Shown: positions 27,001 through 42,000 of the stretch, in pieces
Layout: each line of letters opens with the position of its first letter
Position numbering within the stretch: the stretch's first letter is position 1
Source of the DNA: Nitrospirales bacterium
Lineage (GTDB): Bacteria; Nitrospirota; Nitrospiria; Nitrospirales; UBA8639
Reading direction: 5' to 3'
DNA: 64,000 nt
Assembly (NCBI GenBank): GCA_965203295.1
Contig: CBDBCZ010000016.1
Span: 128,001-192,000, forward strand
Translations under genes and position numbers: made by a program
Notes under the pieces: generated by a model
Told to the model about the DNA's origin: nothing
Database searches by the model: none
Seen by the model: only the letters and a program-made list of their open reading frames with translations

Positions 27001-30000
27001 CTAACAATCTCATCAAAAGAAACTACATACCAATTCTCTGACTCTCTTTTTAGCCTAGGGTTAGAATGTGTTCAAGATTTTAAAGCTCATTTAGTTTGGC
27101 TGGTGTTAGTTAGTCAAATACAATACAGGCTTAGGAAGATAGGGAAAGATTAGCAAAATTTCAGTGTTCTTGGTCTCACACTAACACTCTCATCAAAAGA
27201 AACTAGATACCATTGTTCTGGCTTGCTTCATTAGGCTAGGATTACAATGTGTTCAAGATTTAAAAGTTCATTTAGTTTAGTTTGGTTACTGTTAGTTGGT
27301 CAAATACGATTAAGGCTTAAGAAGATTGAAATACAGAGGCATAAAGACCAACCTGTAAAAAACAGAAAAATAGGTAAACTCACCTGTAGAATTGTAACTT
27401 CTGTCTGAATAGGTTCCTTCAGGTTAATTTTCTTCACTGGATATTCTACATATTTAGGAGAAATAGTTGTCAATATAATTGTAGGGTTTGGACACACCAG
27501 TATAAGTAGTAAGATTAGTTCAATTTCATTGTTCTTGGTCTCTCACTAACTCTCATAAAAAGAAACTGCATACCATTTCTCTGACTCTCTTTATTAGCCT
27601 AGGGTTAGAATGTGTTGAAGATTTAAAAGCTCATTTAGTACGGCTGGTGTTAGTTGGTAAAATACAATACAGGCTTAAGGAAGATAAGGTAAGCTTAGTA
27701 CAATTTTAGAGTTGTTGGTCTCACACTAACACTCTCATCAAAAGAAACTAGATACCAATTCTCTGACTCTCTTTATTAGCCTAGGGTTAGAATGTGTTCA
27801 AGATTTAAAAGCTCATTTAGTTTGGCTGGTGCTAGTTGGGCAAATATAATACAGGCTTAGGATGATAGGGTAAAGTTAGCAAAATTTCAGTGTTATTGGT
27901 CTCACACTAACACTCTCATCAAAAGAAACTAGATACCATTGTTCTGACTTGCTTCATTAGCCTAAAATTACAATGTGTTCAAGATTTAAAAGCTCATTTA
28001 GTTTGGTTAGTTTTAGTTGGACAAATACAATACAGGCTTAAGAAGATAGAAATACAGAGGTATAAAGACCAACCCATAAAAACAGAAAAATAGGTAAACT
28101 CACCTGTTGAACTGTAGCTTCTGTCTGAATATATTCCTTCAGGTTAATTTTCTTCACTGGATATTGTAAATATTTAGGAGAAATAGCTGTCAATATAATA
28201 GTAGGGTTTGGACACACCAGTATAAGTAGTAAGATTAGTCCAATTTCACTGTTCTTGGTCTCAAACTAACTCTCATAAAAAGAAACTACATACAATTTCA
28301 CTGACTCTCTTTATTAGCCTAGGTTAGAATGTGTTCAAGATTTAAAAGCTCATTTAGTTTGGTTAGTTTTAGTTGGTCAAATACAATACAGGCTTAAGAA
28401 GATAAGGTAAGCATAGTACAATTTTAGAGTTGTTGGTCTCACACTAACACTCTCATCAAAAGAAACTAGATACCATTGTTCTGACTTGCTTCATTAGCCT
28501 AGGATTACAATGTGCTCAAGATTTAAAAGCTCATTTAGTTTGGTTAGTTTTAGTTGGTCAAATAAAATACAGGCTTAAGAAGATAGGAATACAGAGGTTT
28601 AAAGACCAACCCATAAAAACAGAAAAATAGGTAAACTCACATGTTGAATTGTAGCTTCTGTCTGAATATGTTCTTTCAGGTTAATTTTCTTCACTGGATA
28701 TTCTACATATTTAGGAGAAATAGCTGTCAATATAATTACAGGGTTTGGACACACAAGTATAAGTAGTAAGATTAGTCCAATTTCACTGTTCTTGGTCTAA
28801 AACTAACTCTCATAAAAAAAAACTACATACAATTTCTCTGACTTTCTTTATTAGCTTAGGGTTAGAATGTGTTCAAGATTTAAAAGTTCATTTAGTTTGG
28901 TTAGTGTTAGTTGGTCAAATACAATAAAGGCTTAAGAAGATAGAAATACAGAGGTATAAAGACCAATCCATAAAAGCAGAAAAATATGTAAACTCACCTG
29001 TTTAATTGTAGCTTCCGTCTGAATATGTTCCTTCAGGATAATTTTCTTCACTGGATATTCTACATATTTAGGAGAAATAGTTGTCAATATAATTGTAGGG
29101 TTTGGACACACCAGTATAAGTAGTAAGAGTAGTCCAATTTCACTGTTCTTGGTCTCACACTAAATCTCATAAAAAGGAACTATACATACCATTTCTCTGA
29201 CTCTATTAGCCTAGGGTTAGAATGTGTTCAAGATTTAAAAGCTCATTTATATTAGTTTCGATGGTGTTAGATGGTCAAATACAATACAGTCTTAGAAAAA
29301 TAGGGAAAGATTAGCAAAATTTCAGTGTTCTTGGTCTCACACTAACTCTCATAAAAAGAAACTACATACAATTTCTCTGACTTTCTTTATTAGCCTAGGG
29401 TTATAATGTGTTCAAGATTTAAAAGTTCATTTAGTTTGGTTAGTGTTAGTTGGTCAAATACAATACAAGCTTAAGAAGATAGAAATACAGAGGCATAAAG
29501 ACCAACCTATAAAAAACAGAAAAATAGGTAAACTCACCTGTTGAATTGTAGCTTCTGTCAGAATATGTTCCTTCAGGTTAATTTTCTTCACTGGATATTC
29601 TACATATTTAGGAGAAATAGTTGTCAATATAATTGTAGGGTTTGGACACACAAGTATAAGTAGTAAGATTAGTTCAATTTAACTGTTCTTGGTCTCACAC
29701 TAACTCTCATAAAAAGAAACTACATACAATTTCTCTGACTTTCTTTATTAGCCTAGGGTTATAATGTGTTCAAGATTTAAAAGTTCATTTAGTTTGGTTA
29801 GTGTTAGTTGGTCAAATACGATACAGGCTTAAGAAGATAGAAATACAGAGGCATAAAGACCAACCTATAAAAAACAGAAAAATAGGTAAACTCACCTGTT
29901 GAATTGTAGCTTCTGTCAGAATATGTTCCTTCAGGTTAATTTTCTTCACTGGATATTCTACATATTTAGGAGAAATAGTTGTCAATATAATTGTAGGGTT

Positions 30001-33000
30001 TGGACACACCAGTATAAGTAGTAAGATTAGTTCAATTTAACTGTTCTTGGTCTCTCACTAACTCTCATAAAAAGAAACTACTTACAATTTCTCTGACTCT
30101 CTTTATTAGCCTAGGGTTAGAATGTGTTCAAGATTTAAAAGCTTGTTTAGTTTGGCTGGTGTTAGTTGGTCATATACAATACAGGCTTAAGGAAGATATG
30201 GTAAGCTTAGTACAATTTCAGAGTTGTTGGTCTCACACTAACAATCTCATCAAAAGAAACTACATACCAATTCTCTGACTCTCTTTTTAGCCTAGGGTTA
30301 GAATGTGTTCAAGATTTAAAAGCTCATTTAGTTTGGCTGGTGTTAGTTGGTCAAATACAATACAGGCTTAGGAAGATAGGGAAAGATTAGCAAAATTTCA
30401 GTGTTCTTGGTCTCACACTAACACTCTCATCAAAAGAAACTAGATACCATTGTTCTGGCTTGCTTCATTAGGCTAGGATTACAATGAGTTCAAGATTTAA
30501 AAGTTCATTTAGTTTAGTTTGGTTAGTGTTAGTTGATCAAATACGATTAAGGCTTAAGAAGATAGAAATACAGAGGCATAAAGACCAACCAGTAAAAAAC
30601 AGAAAAATAGGTAAACTCACCTGTAGAATTGTAACTTCTGTCTGAATATGTTCCTTCAGGTTAATTTTCTTCACTGGATATTCTACATATTTAGGAGAAA
30701 TAGTTGTCAATATAATTGTAGGGTTTGGACACACCAGTATAAGTAGTAAGATTAGTTCAATTTCATTGTTCTTGGTCTCTCACTAACTCTCATAAAAAGA
30801 AACTGCATACCATTTCTCTGACTCTCTTTATTAGCCTAGGGTTAGAATGTGTTGAAGATTTAAAAGCTCATTTAGTACGGCTGGTGTTAGTTGGTAAAAT
30901 ACAATACAGGCTTAAGGAAGATAAGGTAAGCTTAGTACAATTTTAGAGTTGTTGGTCTCACACTAACACTCTCATCAAAAGAAACTAGATACCAATTCTC
31001 TGACTCTCTTTATTAGCCTAGGGTTAGAATGTGTTCAAGATTTAAAAGCTCATTTAGTTTGGCTGGTGCTAGTTGGGCAAATATAATACAGGCTTAGGAT
31101 GATAGGGTAAAATTAGCAAAATTTCAGTGTTATTGGTCTCACACTAACACTCACATCAAAAGAAACTAGATACCATTGTTCTGACTTGCTTCATTAGCCT
31201 AAAATTACAATGTGTTCAAGATTTAAAAGCTCATTTAGTTTCGCTGGTGTTAGTTGGTCAAATACAATACAGGCTTAGGAAGATAGGGAAAGATTAGCAA
31301 AATTTCAGTGTTCTTGGTCTCCCACTAACACTCACAAAAAGAAACTACATACAATTTCTCTGACTTTCTTTATTAGACTAGGGTTAGAATGTATTCAAGA
31401 TTTAATAGTTCATTTAGTTTGGTTAGTGTTAGTTGGTCAAATACAATACAGGCTTAAGAAGATAGAAATACAGAGGTATAAAGACCAATCCATAAAAACA
31501 GAAAAATATGTAAACTCACCTGTTGAATTGTAGCTTCTGTCTGAATATGTTCCTTCAGGATAATTTTCTTCACTGGATATTCTACATATTTAGGAGAAAT
31601 AGTTGTCAATATAATTGTAGGGTTTGGACACACCAGTATAAGTAGTAAGATTAGTCCAATTTCACTGTTCTTGGTCTCACACTAATTCTCATAAAAAGAA
31701 ACTATACATACCATTTCTCTGACTCTATTAGCCTAGGGTTAGAACGTGTTCAAGATTTAAAAGCTCATTTATATAAGTTTCGCTGGTGTTAGTTGGTCAA
31801 ATACAATACAGTCTTAGGAAAATAGGGAAAGATTAGAAAAATTTCAGTGTTCTTGGTCTCACACAAACTCTCATAAAAAGAAACTACATACAATTCCTCT
31901 GACTTTCTTTACTAGACTAGGGTTAGAATGTGTTCAAGATTTAAAAGTTCATTTAGTTTGGTTAGTGTTAGTTGGTCAAATACAATGCAGGCTTAAGAAG
32001 ATAGAAATACAGAGGCATAAAGACCAACCTATAAAAAACAGAAAAATAGGTAAACTCACCTGTTGAATTGTAGCTTCTGTCTGAATATGTTCCTTCAGGA
32101 TAATTTTCTTCACTGGATATTCTACATATTTAGGAGAAATAGTTGTCAATATAATTGTAGGGTTTGGACACACCAGTATAAGTAGTAAGATTAGTCCAAT
32201 TTCACTGTTCTTGGTCTCAAACTAACTCTCATAAAAAGAAACTACATACAATTTCTCTGACTCTCTTTATTAGCCGAGGGTTAGAATGTGTTCAAGATTT
32301 AAAAGCTCATTTAGTTTTACTGGTGTTAGTTGGTCAAATACAATACAGGCTTAAGGAAGATAAGGTAAGCTTAGTACAATTTCAGAGTTGTTGGTCTCAC
32401 ACTAACACTCTCCTAAAAAGAAACTAGATACCATTGTTCTGACTTGCTTCATTAGCCTAGGATTACAATGTGTTCAAGATTTAAAAGTTCATTTAGTTTG
32501 GTTAGTGTTAGTTGGTCAAATACAATAAAGGCTTAAGAAGATAGAAATACAGAGGCATAAAGACCAATCTGTAAAAAACAGAAAAACCTATAAAAAACAG
32601 AAAAATAGGTAAACTCACCAGTTGAATTGTAGCTTCTGTCAGAATATGTTCCTTCAGGTTAATTTTCTTCACTGGATATTCTACATATTTAGGAGAAATA
32701 GTTGTCAATATAATTGTAGGGTTTGGACACACCAGTATAAGTAGTAAGATTAGTCCAATTTCACTGTTCTTGGTCTCAAACTAACTCTCATAAAAAGAAA
32801 CTACATACAATTTCTCTGACTCTCTTTATTAGCCGAGGGTTAGAATGTGTTCAAGATTTAAAAGCTCATTTAGTTTTACTGGTGTTAGTTGGTCAAATAC
32901 AATACAGGCTTAAGGAAGATAAGGTAAGCTTAGTACAATTTCAGAGTTGTTGGTCTCACACTAACACTCTCATAAAAAGAAACTAGATACCATTGTTCTG

Positions 33001-36000
33001 ACTTGCTTCATTAGCCTAGGATTACAATGTGTTCAAGATTTAAAAGTTCATTTAGTTTGGTTAGTGTTAGTTGGTCAAATACAATAAAGGCTTAAGAAGA
33101 TAGAAATACAGAGGCATAAAGACCAATCTGTAAAAAACAGAAAAATAGGTAAACTCACCTGTTGAATTGTAGCTTCTGTCTGAATATGTTCCTTCAGGAT
33201 AATTTTCTTCACTGGATATATCTACATATTTAGGAGAAATAGTTGTCAATATAATTGCAGGGTTTGGAGACACCAGTACAAGTAGTAAGATTAGTTCTAT
33301 TCCACTGTTCTTGGTCTCTCACTAACTCTCACAAAAAGAAACTACATACCATTTCTCTGACTTTCTTTATTAGCCTAGGGGTTAGAATGTGTTCTAGATT
33401 TAAAAGTTCATTTAGGTCGGCTGGTGTTAGTTTGTTAAATATAATACAGGCTTAAGGAAGATAAGGTAAGCTTAGTACAATTTCAGAGTTGTTGGTCTCA
33501 CACTAACACTATTTCTCTGACTCTCTTTATTAGCCTAGGGTTAGAATGTGTTCCAGATTTAAAAGCTCATTTAGTATGGCTGGTGTTAGTTGGTCAAATA
33601 CAATACAGGCTTAGGAAGATAGGGAAAGTTTAGCAAAATTTCAGTGTTCTTGGTCTCACACTAACACTCTCATCAAAAGAAACTAGTGGCCATTTTTCTG
33701 ACTTGCTTCAATAGCCTAGGATTACATTGTGTTCAAGATTTAAAAGTTCATTTAGTTTGGTTAGTGTTAGTTGATCAAATACAATAAAGGCTTAAGAAGA
33801 TAGAAATACAGAGGCATAAAGACCAACCTGTAAAAAACAGAAAAATAGGTAAACTCACCTGCTGAATTGTAGCTTCTGTCTGAATATGTTCCTTCAGGTT
33901 AATTTTCTTCACTGGATATTCTACATATTTAGGAGAAATAGTTGTCAATATAATTGTAGGGTTTGGACACACCAGTATAAGTAGTAAGATTAGTTCCATT
34001 TCACTGCTCTTGGTCTCTCACTAACTCTCATGAAAAGAAATTGTAGATACCATTTTTCTGACGCTATTAGCCTAGGGTTAGAATGTGTTCAAGATTTAAA
34101 AGCTCATTTATATTAGTTTCGCTGGTGTTAGTTGGTCAAATACATTACAGTCTTAGGGAAATAGGGAAATATTAGCAAAATTACAGTATTCTTGGTCTCA
34201 CACTAACACTCTCATAAAAAGAAACTAGATACCATTGTTCTGACTTGCTTCATTAGCCTAGGATTACAATGTGTTCAAGATTTAAAAGCTCTTTTAGTTT
34301 GGTTAGTTTTAGTTGGTCAAATACAATACAGGCTTAAGAAGATAGAAATACAGAGGCATAAAGACCAACCCATAAAAATAGAAAAATAGGTAAACTCACC
34401 TGTTGAACTGTAGCTTCTGTCTGAATATGTTCCTTCAGGTTAATTTTCTTCACTGGATATTCTAAATATTTAGGAGAAATAGCTGTCAATAGATTAGTCC
34501 AATTTCACTGTTCTTGGTCTCACACTAACTCTCATAAAAAGAAACTACATACAATTTCTCTGACTCTCTTTATTGGCCTAAGGTTAGAATGTGTTCGGGA
34601 TTTAAAAGTTCATTTAGTTTGGTTAGTGTTAGTGGGTCAAATACAATAAAGGCTTAAGAAGATAGAAATACAGAGGTATAAAGACCAACCAATAAAAACT
34701 GAAAAATATGTAAACTCACCTGTTGAATTGTAGCTTCTGTCTGAATATGTTCCTTCAGGATAGTTTTCTTCACTGGATATTCTACATATTTAGGAGAAAT
34801 AGTTGTCAATATAATTGTAGGGTTTGGACACACCAGTATAAGTAGTAAGATTAGTCCAATTTCACTGTTCTTGGTCTCACACTAACTCTCATAAAAAGAA
34901 ACTATACATACCATTTCTCTGACGCTATTAGCCTAGGGTTAGAATGTGTTCAAGATTTAAAAGCTCATTTACATTAGTTTCGCTGGTGTTAGTTGGTCAA
35001 ATACAATACAGTCTTAGGGAAATAGGGAAAGATTAGCAAAATTACAGTATTCTTGGTCTCACACTAACACTCTCATCAAAAGAAACTAGATACCATTGTT
35101 CTGACTTGCTTCATTAGCCTAGGATTACAATGTGTTCAAGATTTAAAAGCTCTTTTAGTTTGGTTAGTTTTAGTTGGTCAAATACAATACAGGCTTAAGA
35201 AGATAGAAATACAGAGGCATAAAGACCAACCCATAAAAAAACAGAAAATTAGGTAAACTCACCTGTTAAATTGTAGCTTCTGTCAGAATATGTTCCTTCA
35301 GGTTAATTTTCTTCACTGGATATTCTACATATTTAGGAGAAATAGTTGTCAATATAATTGTAGTGTTTGAACACACCAGTATAAGTAGTAAGATTAGTTC
35401 AATTTAACTGTTCTTGGTCTCTCACTAACTCTCATCAAAAGAAATTACATACCAATTCTCTTACTCTCTTTTTAGCCTAGGGTTAGAATGTGTTCAAGAT
35501 TTAAAAGCTCATTTAGTTTGGCTGGTGTTAGTTGATCAAATACAATACAGGCTTAGGAAGATAGGGTAAGATTAGGAAAATTTCAGAGTTCTTGGTCTCA
35601 CACAAACACACTCATAATAAGAAACTAGATACCATTTTTTTGACTTTCTTCATTAGCCTAGGATTACAATGTGTTCAAGATTTAAAAGCTCATTTAGTTT
35701 GGTTAGTTTTAGTTGGTCAAATACAATACAGGCTTAAGAAGATAGAAATACAGAGGCATAAAGACCAACCTGTAAAAACAGAAAAATAGGTAAACTCACC
35801 TGTTGAAATGTAGCTTCTGTCTGAATATGTTCCTTCAGATTAATTTTCTTCACTGGATATTCTACATATTTAGGAGAAATATCTGTTATTATAATTGTAG
35901 GGTTTGGAAACACCAGTACAAGTAGTAAGATTAGACCAATTTCAGTGTTCTTGGTCTCACACTAACTCTCATATAAAAAGAAACTACATACAATTTCACT

Positions 36001-39000
36001 GACTCTCTTTATTAGCCTAGGGTTAGAATGTGTTCAAGATTTAAAAGCTCATTTAGTTTGGTTAGTTTTAGTTGGTCAAATACAATACAGGTTTAAGAAG
36101 ATAAAAATACATAGGCATAAAGATCAACCTGTAAAAACAGAAAAAATTAATAGGTAAACTCACCTGTTGAACTGTAGCTTCTGTCTGAATATGTTCCTTC
36201 AGGTTAATTTTCTTCACTGGATATTCTACATATTTAGAAGAAATAGCTGTCAATATAATTATAGGGTTTGGACACACCAGTGTAAGTAGTAAGATTAGTC
36301 CAATTTCACTGTTCTTGGTCTCACACTAATTCTCATAAAAAGAAACTATACATACCATTTCTCTGACTTTCTTTATTAGCCTAGGGTTAGAATGTGTTCT
36401 AGATTTTAAAGTTCATTTAGTTTGGTTAGTGTTAGTTGGTCAAATACAATAAAGGCTTAAGAACATAGAAATACAGAAGTATAAAGACCAATCCATAAAA
36501 ACAGAAAAATATGTAAACTCACCTGTTGAATTGTAGCTTCTGTCTGAATATGTTCCTTCAGGATAATTTTCTTCACTGGATATTCTACATATTTAGGAGA
36601 AATAGTTGTCAATATAATTGTAGGGTTTGGACACACCAGTATAAGTAGTAAGATTAGTCCAATTTCACTGTTCTTGGTCTCACACTAATTCTCATAAAAA
36701 GAAACTATACATACCATTTCTCTGACTCTTTTAGCCTAGGGTTAGAATGTGTTCAAGATTTAAAAACTCATTTATATTAGTTTCGCTGGTGTTAGTTGGT
36801 CAAATACAATACAGTCTTAGGAAAATAGGAAAAGATTAGCAAAATTTCAGTGTTTTTGGTCTCACACTTACTCTCATAAAATGAAACTACATACAATTCC
36901 TCTGACTTTCTTTATTAGACTAGGGTTAGAATGTGTTCTAGATTTAAAAGTTCATTTAGTTTGGTTAGTGTTAGTTGGTCAAATACAATGCAGGCTTAAG
37001 AAGATAGAAATACAGAGGCATAAAGACCAACCTATAAAAAACAGAAAAATAGGTAAACTCACCTGTTGAATTGTAGCTTCTGTCAGAATATGTTCCTTCA
37101 GGTTAATTTTCTTCACTGGATATTCTACATATTTAGGAGAAATAGTTGTCAATATAATATTAGGGTTTGGACACACCAGTATAAGTAGTAAGATTAGTCC
37201 AATTTCACTGTTCTTGGTCTCAAACTAACTCTCATAAAAAGAAACTACATACAATTTCTCTGACTCTCTTTATTAGCCGAGGGTTAGAATGTGTTCAAGA
37301 TTTAAAAGCTCATTTAGTTTTACTGGTGTTAGTTGTTCAAATACAATACAGGCTTAAGGAAGATAAGGTAAGCTTAGTACAATTTCAGAGTTGTTGGTCT
37401 CACACTAACACTCTCATAAAAAGAAACTAGATACCATTGTTCTGACTTGCTTCATTAGCCTAGGATTACAATGTGTTCAAGATTTAAAAGTTCATTTAGT
37501 TTGGTTAGTGTTAGTTGGTCAAATACAATAAAGGCTTAAGAAGATAGAAATACAGAGGCATAAAGACCAATCTGTAAAAAACAGAAAAATAGGTAAACTC
37601 ACCTGTTGAATTGTAGCTTCTGTCTGAATATGTTCCTTCAGGATAATTTTCTTCACTGGATATTCTACATATTTAGGAGAAATAGTTGTCAATATAATTG
37701 TAGGGTTTGGACACACCAGTACAAGTAGTAAGATTAGTTCTATTTCACTGTTCTTGGTCTCTCACTAACTCTCACAAAAAGAAACTACATACCATTTCTC
37801 TGACTTTCTTTATTAGCCTAGGGTTAGAATGTGTTCTAGATTTAAAAGCTCATTTAGGTCGGCTGGTGTTAGTTGGTTAAATATAATACAGGCTTAAGGA
37901 AGATAAGGTAAGCTTAGTACAATTTCAGAATTGTTGGTCTCACACTAACACTCTCATCAAAAGAAACTAGATACCAATTCTCTGACTCTCTTTATTAGCC
38001 TAGGTTTAGAATGTGTTCAAGATTTAAATGCTCATTTAGATTGGCTGGTGTTAGTTGGTCAAATACAATAAAGGCTTAAGAAGATAGAAATACTGAGGCA
38101 TAAAAACCAACCTGTTAAAAAAAGAAAAATAGGTAAACTCACCTGCTGAATTGTAGCTTCTGTATGAATATGTTCCTTCAGGTTAATTTTCTTCACAGTA
38201 TATTCTACATATTTAGGAGAAATAGCTGTCAATATAATTGTAGGGTTTGGACACACCAGTATAAGTAGTAAGATTAATCCAATTTCACTGTTCTTGGTCT
38301 CTCACTAACTCTCATCAAAAGAAACTACTTACCAATTCTCTTACTCTCTTTTTAGCCTAGGGTTAGAATGTGTTCAAGATTTAAAAGCTCATTTAGTTTG
38401 GCTGGTGTTAGTTGATCAAATACAATACAGGCTTAGGAAGATAGGGTAAGATTAGAAAAATTTCAGAGTTCTTGGTCTCACACAAACACACTCATAATAA
38501 GAAACTAGATACCATTTTTTTTGACTTTCTTCATTAGCCTAGGATTACAATGTGTTCAAGATTTAAAAGCTCATTTAGTTTGGTTAGTTTTAGTTGGTCA
38601 AATACAATACAGGCTTAAGAAGATAGAAATACAGAGGCATAAAGACCAACCTGTAAAAACAGAAAAATAGGTAAACTCACCTGTTGAAATGTAGCTTCTG
38701 TCTGAATATGTTCCTTCAGGTTAATTTTCTTCACTGGATATTCTACATATTTAGGAGAAATAGCTGTTAATACAATTGTAGGGTTTGGAAACACCAGTAC
38801 AAGTAGTAAGATTAGACCAATTTCAGTGTTATTGGTCTCACACTAACTCTCATAAAAAGAAACTACATACAATTTCACTGACTCTCTTTATTAGCCTAGG
38901 GTTAGAATGTGTTCAAGATTTAAAAGCTCATTTAGTTTGGTTAGTTTTAGTTGGTCAAATACAATAAAGGTTTAAGAAGATAGAAATACATAGGCATAAA

Positions 39001-42000
39001 GATCAACCTGCAAAAAACAGAAAAATAGGTAAACTCACTTGTTGAATTGTAGCTTCTGTCAGAATATGTTCCTTCAGGTTAATTTTCTTCACTGGATATT
39101 CTACATATTTAGGAGAAATAGTTGTCAATATAATTGTAGGGTTTGGACACACCAGTATAAGTAGTAAGATTAGTCCAATTTCACTGTTCTTGGTCTCAAA
39201 CTAACTCTCATAAAAAGAAACTACATACAATTTCTCTGACTCTCTTTATTAGCCGAGGGTTAGAATGTGTTCAAGATTTAAAAGCTCATTTAGTTTTACT
39301 GGTGTTAGTTGGTCAAATACAATACAGGCTTAAGGAAGATAAGGTAAGCTTAGTACAATTTCAGAGTTGTTGGTCTCACACTAACACTCTCATAAAAAGA
39401 AACTAGACACCATTGTTCTGACTTGCTTCATTAGCCTAGGATTACAATGTGTTCAAGATTTAAAAGTTCATTTAGTTTGGTTAGTGTTAGTTGGTCAAAT
39501 ACAATAAAGGCTTAAGAAGATAGAAATACAGAGGCATAAAGACCAATCTGTAAAAAACAGAAAAATAGGTAAACTCACCTGTTGAATTGTAGCTTCTGTC
39601 TGAATATGTTCCTTCAGGATAATTTTCTTCACTGGATATTCTACATATTTAGGAGAAATAGTTGTCAATATAATTGTAGGGTTTGGACACACCAGTACAA
39701 GTAGTAAGATTAGTTCTATTTCACTGTTCTTGGTCTCTCACTAAATCTCACAAAAAGAAACTACATACCATTTCTCTGACTTTCTTTATTAGCCTAGGGT
39801 TAGAATGTGTTCTAGATTTAAAAGCTCATTTAGGTCGGCTGGTGTTAGTTGGTTAAATATAATACAGGCTTAAGGAAGATAAGGTAAGCTTAGTACAATT
39901 TCAGAGTTGTTGGTCTCACACTAACACTCTCATCAAAAGAAACTAGATACCAATTCTCTGACTCTCTTTATTAGCCTAGGTTTAGAATGTGTTCAAGATT
40001 TAAATGCTCATTTAGATTGCCTGGTGTTAGTTGGTCAAATACAATAAAGGCTTAAGAAGATAGAAATACTGAGGCATAAAAACCAACCTGTTAAAAAAAG
40101 AAAAATAGGTAAACTCACCTGCTGAATTGTAGCTTCTGTATGAATATGTTCCTTCAGGTTAATTTTCTTCACAGGATATTCTACATATTTAGGAGAAATA
40201 GCTGTCAATATAATTGTAGGGTTTGGACACACCAGTATAAGTAGTGAGATTAATCCAATTTCACTGTTCTTGGTCTCTCACTAACTCTCATCAAAAGAAA
40301 CTACATACCAATTCTCTTACTCTTTTTTTAGCCTAGGGTTAGAATGTGTTCAAGATTTAAAAGCTCATTTAGTTTGGCTGGTGTTAGTTGATCAAATACA
40401 ATACAGGCTTAGGAAGATAGGGTAAGATTAGAAAAATTTCAGAGTTCTTGGTCTCACACAAACACACTCATAATAAGAAACTAGATACCATTTTTTTGAC
40501 TTTCTTCATTAGCCTAGGATTACAATGTGTTCAAGATTTAAAAGCTCATTTAGTTTGGTTAGTTTTAGTTGGTCAAATACAATACAGGCTTAAGAAGATA
40601 GAAATACAGAGGCATAAAGACCAACCTGTAAAAACAGAAAAATAGGTAAACTCACCTGTTGAAATGTAGCTTCTGTCTGAATATGTTCCTTCAGGTTAAT
40701 TTTCTTCACTGGATATTCTACATATTTAGGAGAAATAGCTGTTAATATAATTGTAGGGTTTGGAAACACCAGTACAAGTAGTAAGATTAGACCAATTTCA
40801 GTGTTATTGGTCTCACACTAACTCTCATAAAAAGAAACTACATACAATTTCACTGACTCTCTTTATTAGCCTAGGGTTAGAATGTGTTCAAGATTTAAAA
40901 GCTCATTTAGTTTGGTTAGTTTTAGTTGGTCAAATACAATACAGGTTTAAGAAGATAGAAATACATAGGCATAAAGATCAACCTGTAAAAACAGAAAAAA
41001 TTAATAGGTAAACTCACCTGTTGAACTGTAGCTTCTGTCTGAATATGTTCCTTCAGGTTAATTTTCTTCACTGGATATTCTACATATTTAGAAGAAATAG
41101 CTGTCAATATAATTGTAGGGTTTAGACACACCAGTATAAGTAGTAAGATTAGTCCAATTTCACTGTTCTTGGTCTCAAACTAACTCTCATAAAAAGAAAC
41201 TACATACAATTTCTCTGACTTTCTTTATTAGCCTAGGGTTAGAATGTGTTCTAGATTTTAAAGTTCATTTAGTTTGGTTAGTGTTAGTTGGTCAAATACA
41301 ATAAAGGCTTAAGAAGATAGAAATACAGAGGTATAAAGACCAATCCATAAAAACAGAAAAATATGTAAACTCACCTGTTGAATTGTAGCTTCTGTCTGAA
41401 TATGTTCCTTCAGGATAATTTTCTTCACTGGATATTCTACATATTTAGGAGAAATAGTTGTCAATATAATTGTAGGGTTTGGACACACCAGTATAAGTAG
41501 TAAGATTAGTCCAATTTCACTGTTCTTGGTCTCACACTAATTCTCATAAAAAGAAACTATACATACCATTTCTCTGACTCTATTAGCCTAGGGTTAAAAT
41601 GTGTTCAAGATTTAAAAGCTCATTTATATTAGTTTCGCTGGTGTTAGTTAGTCAAATACAATACAGTCTTAGGAAAATAGGGAAAGATTAGCAAAATTTC
41701 AGTGTTCTTGGTCTCACACTAACTCTCATAAAAAGAAACTACATACAATTTCTCTGACTTTCTTTATTAGCCTAGGGTTAGAATGTGTTCTAGATTTTAA
41801 AGTTCATTTAGTTTGGTTAGTGTTAGTTGGTCAAATACAATAAAGGCTTAAGAAGATAGAAATACAGAGGTATAAAGACCAATCCATAAAAACAGAAAAA
41901 TATGTAAACTCACCTGTTGAATTGTAGCTTCTGTCTGAATATGTTCCTTCAGGATAATTTTCTTCACTGGATGTTCTACATATTTAGGAGAAATAGTTGT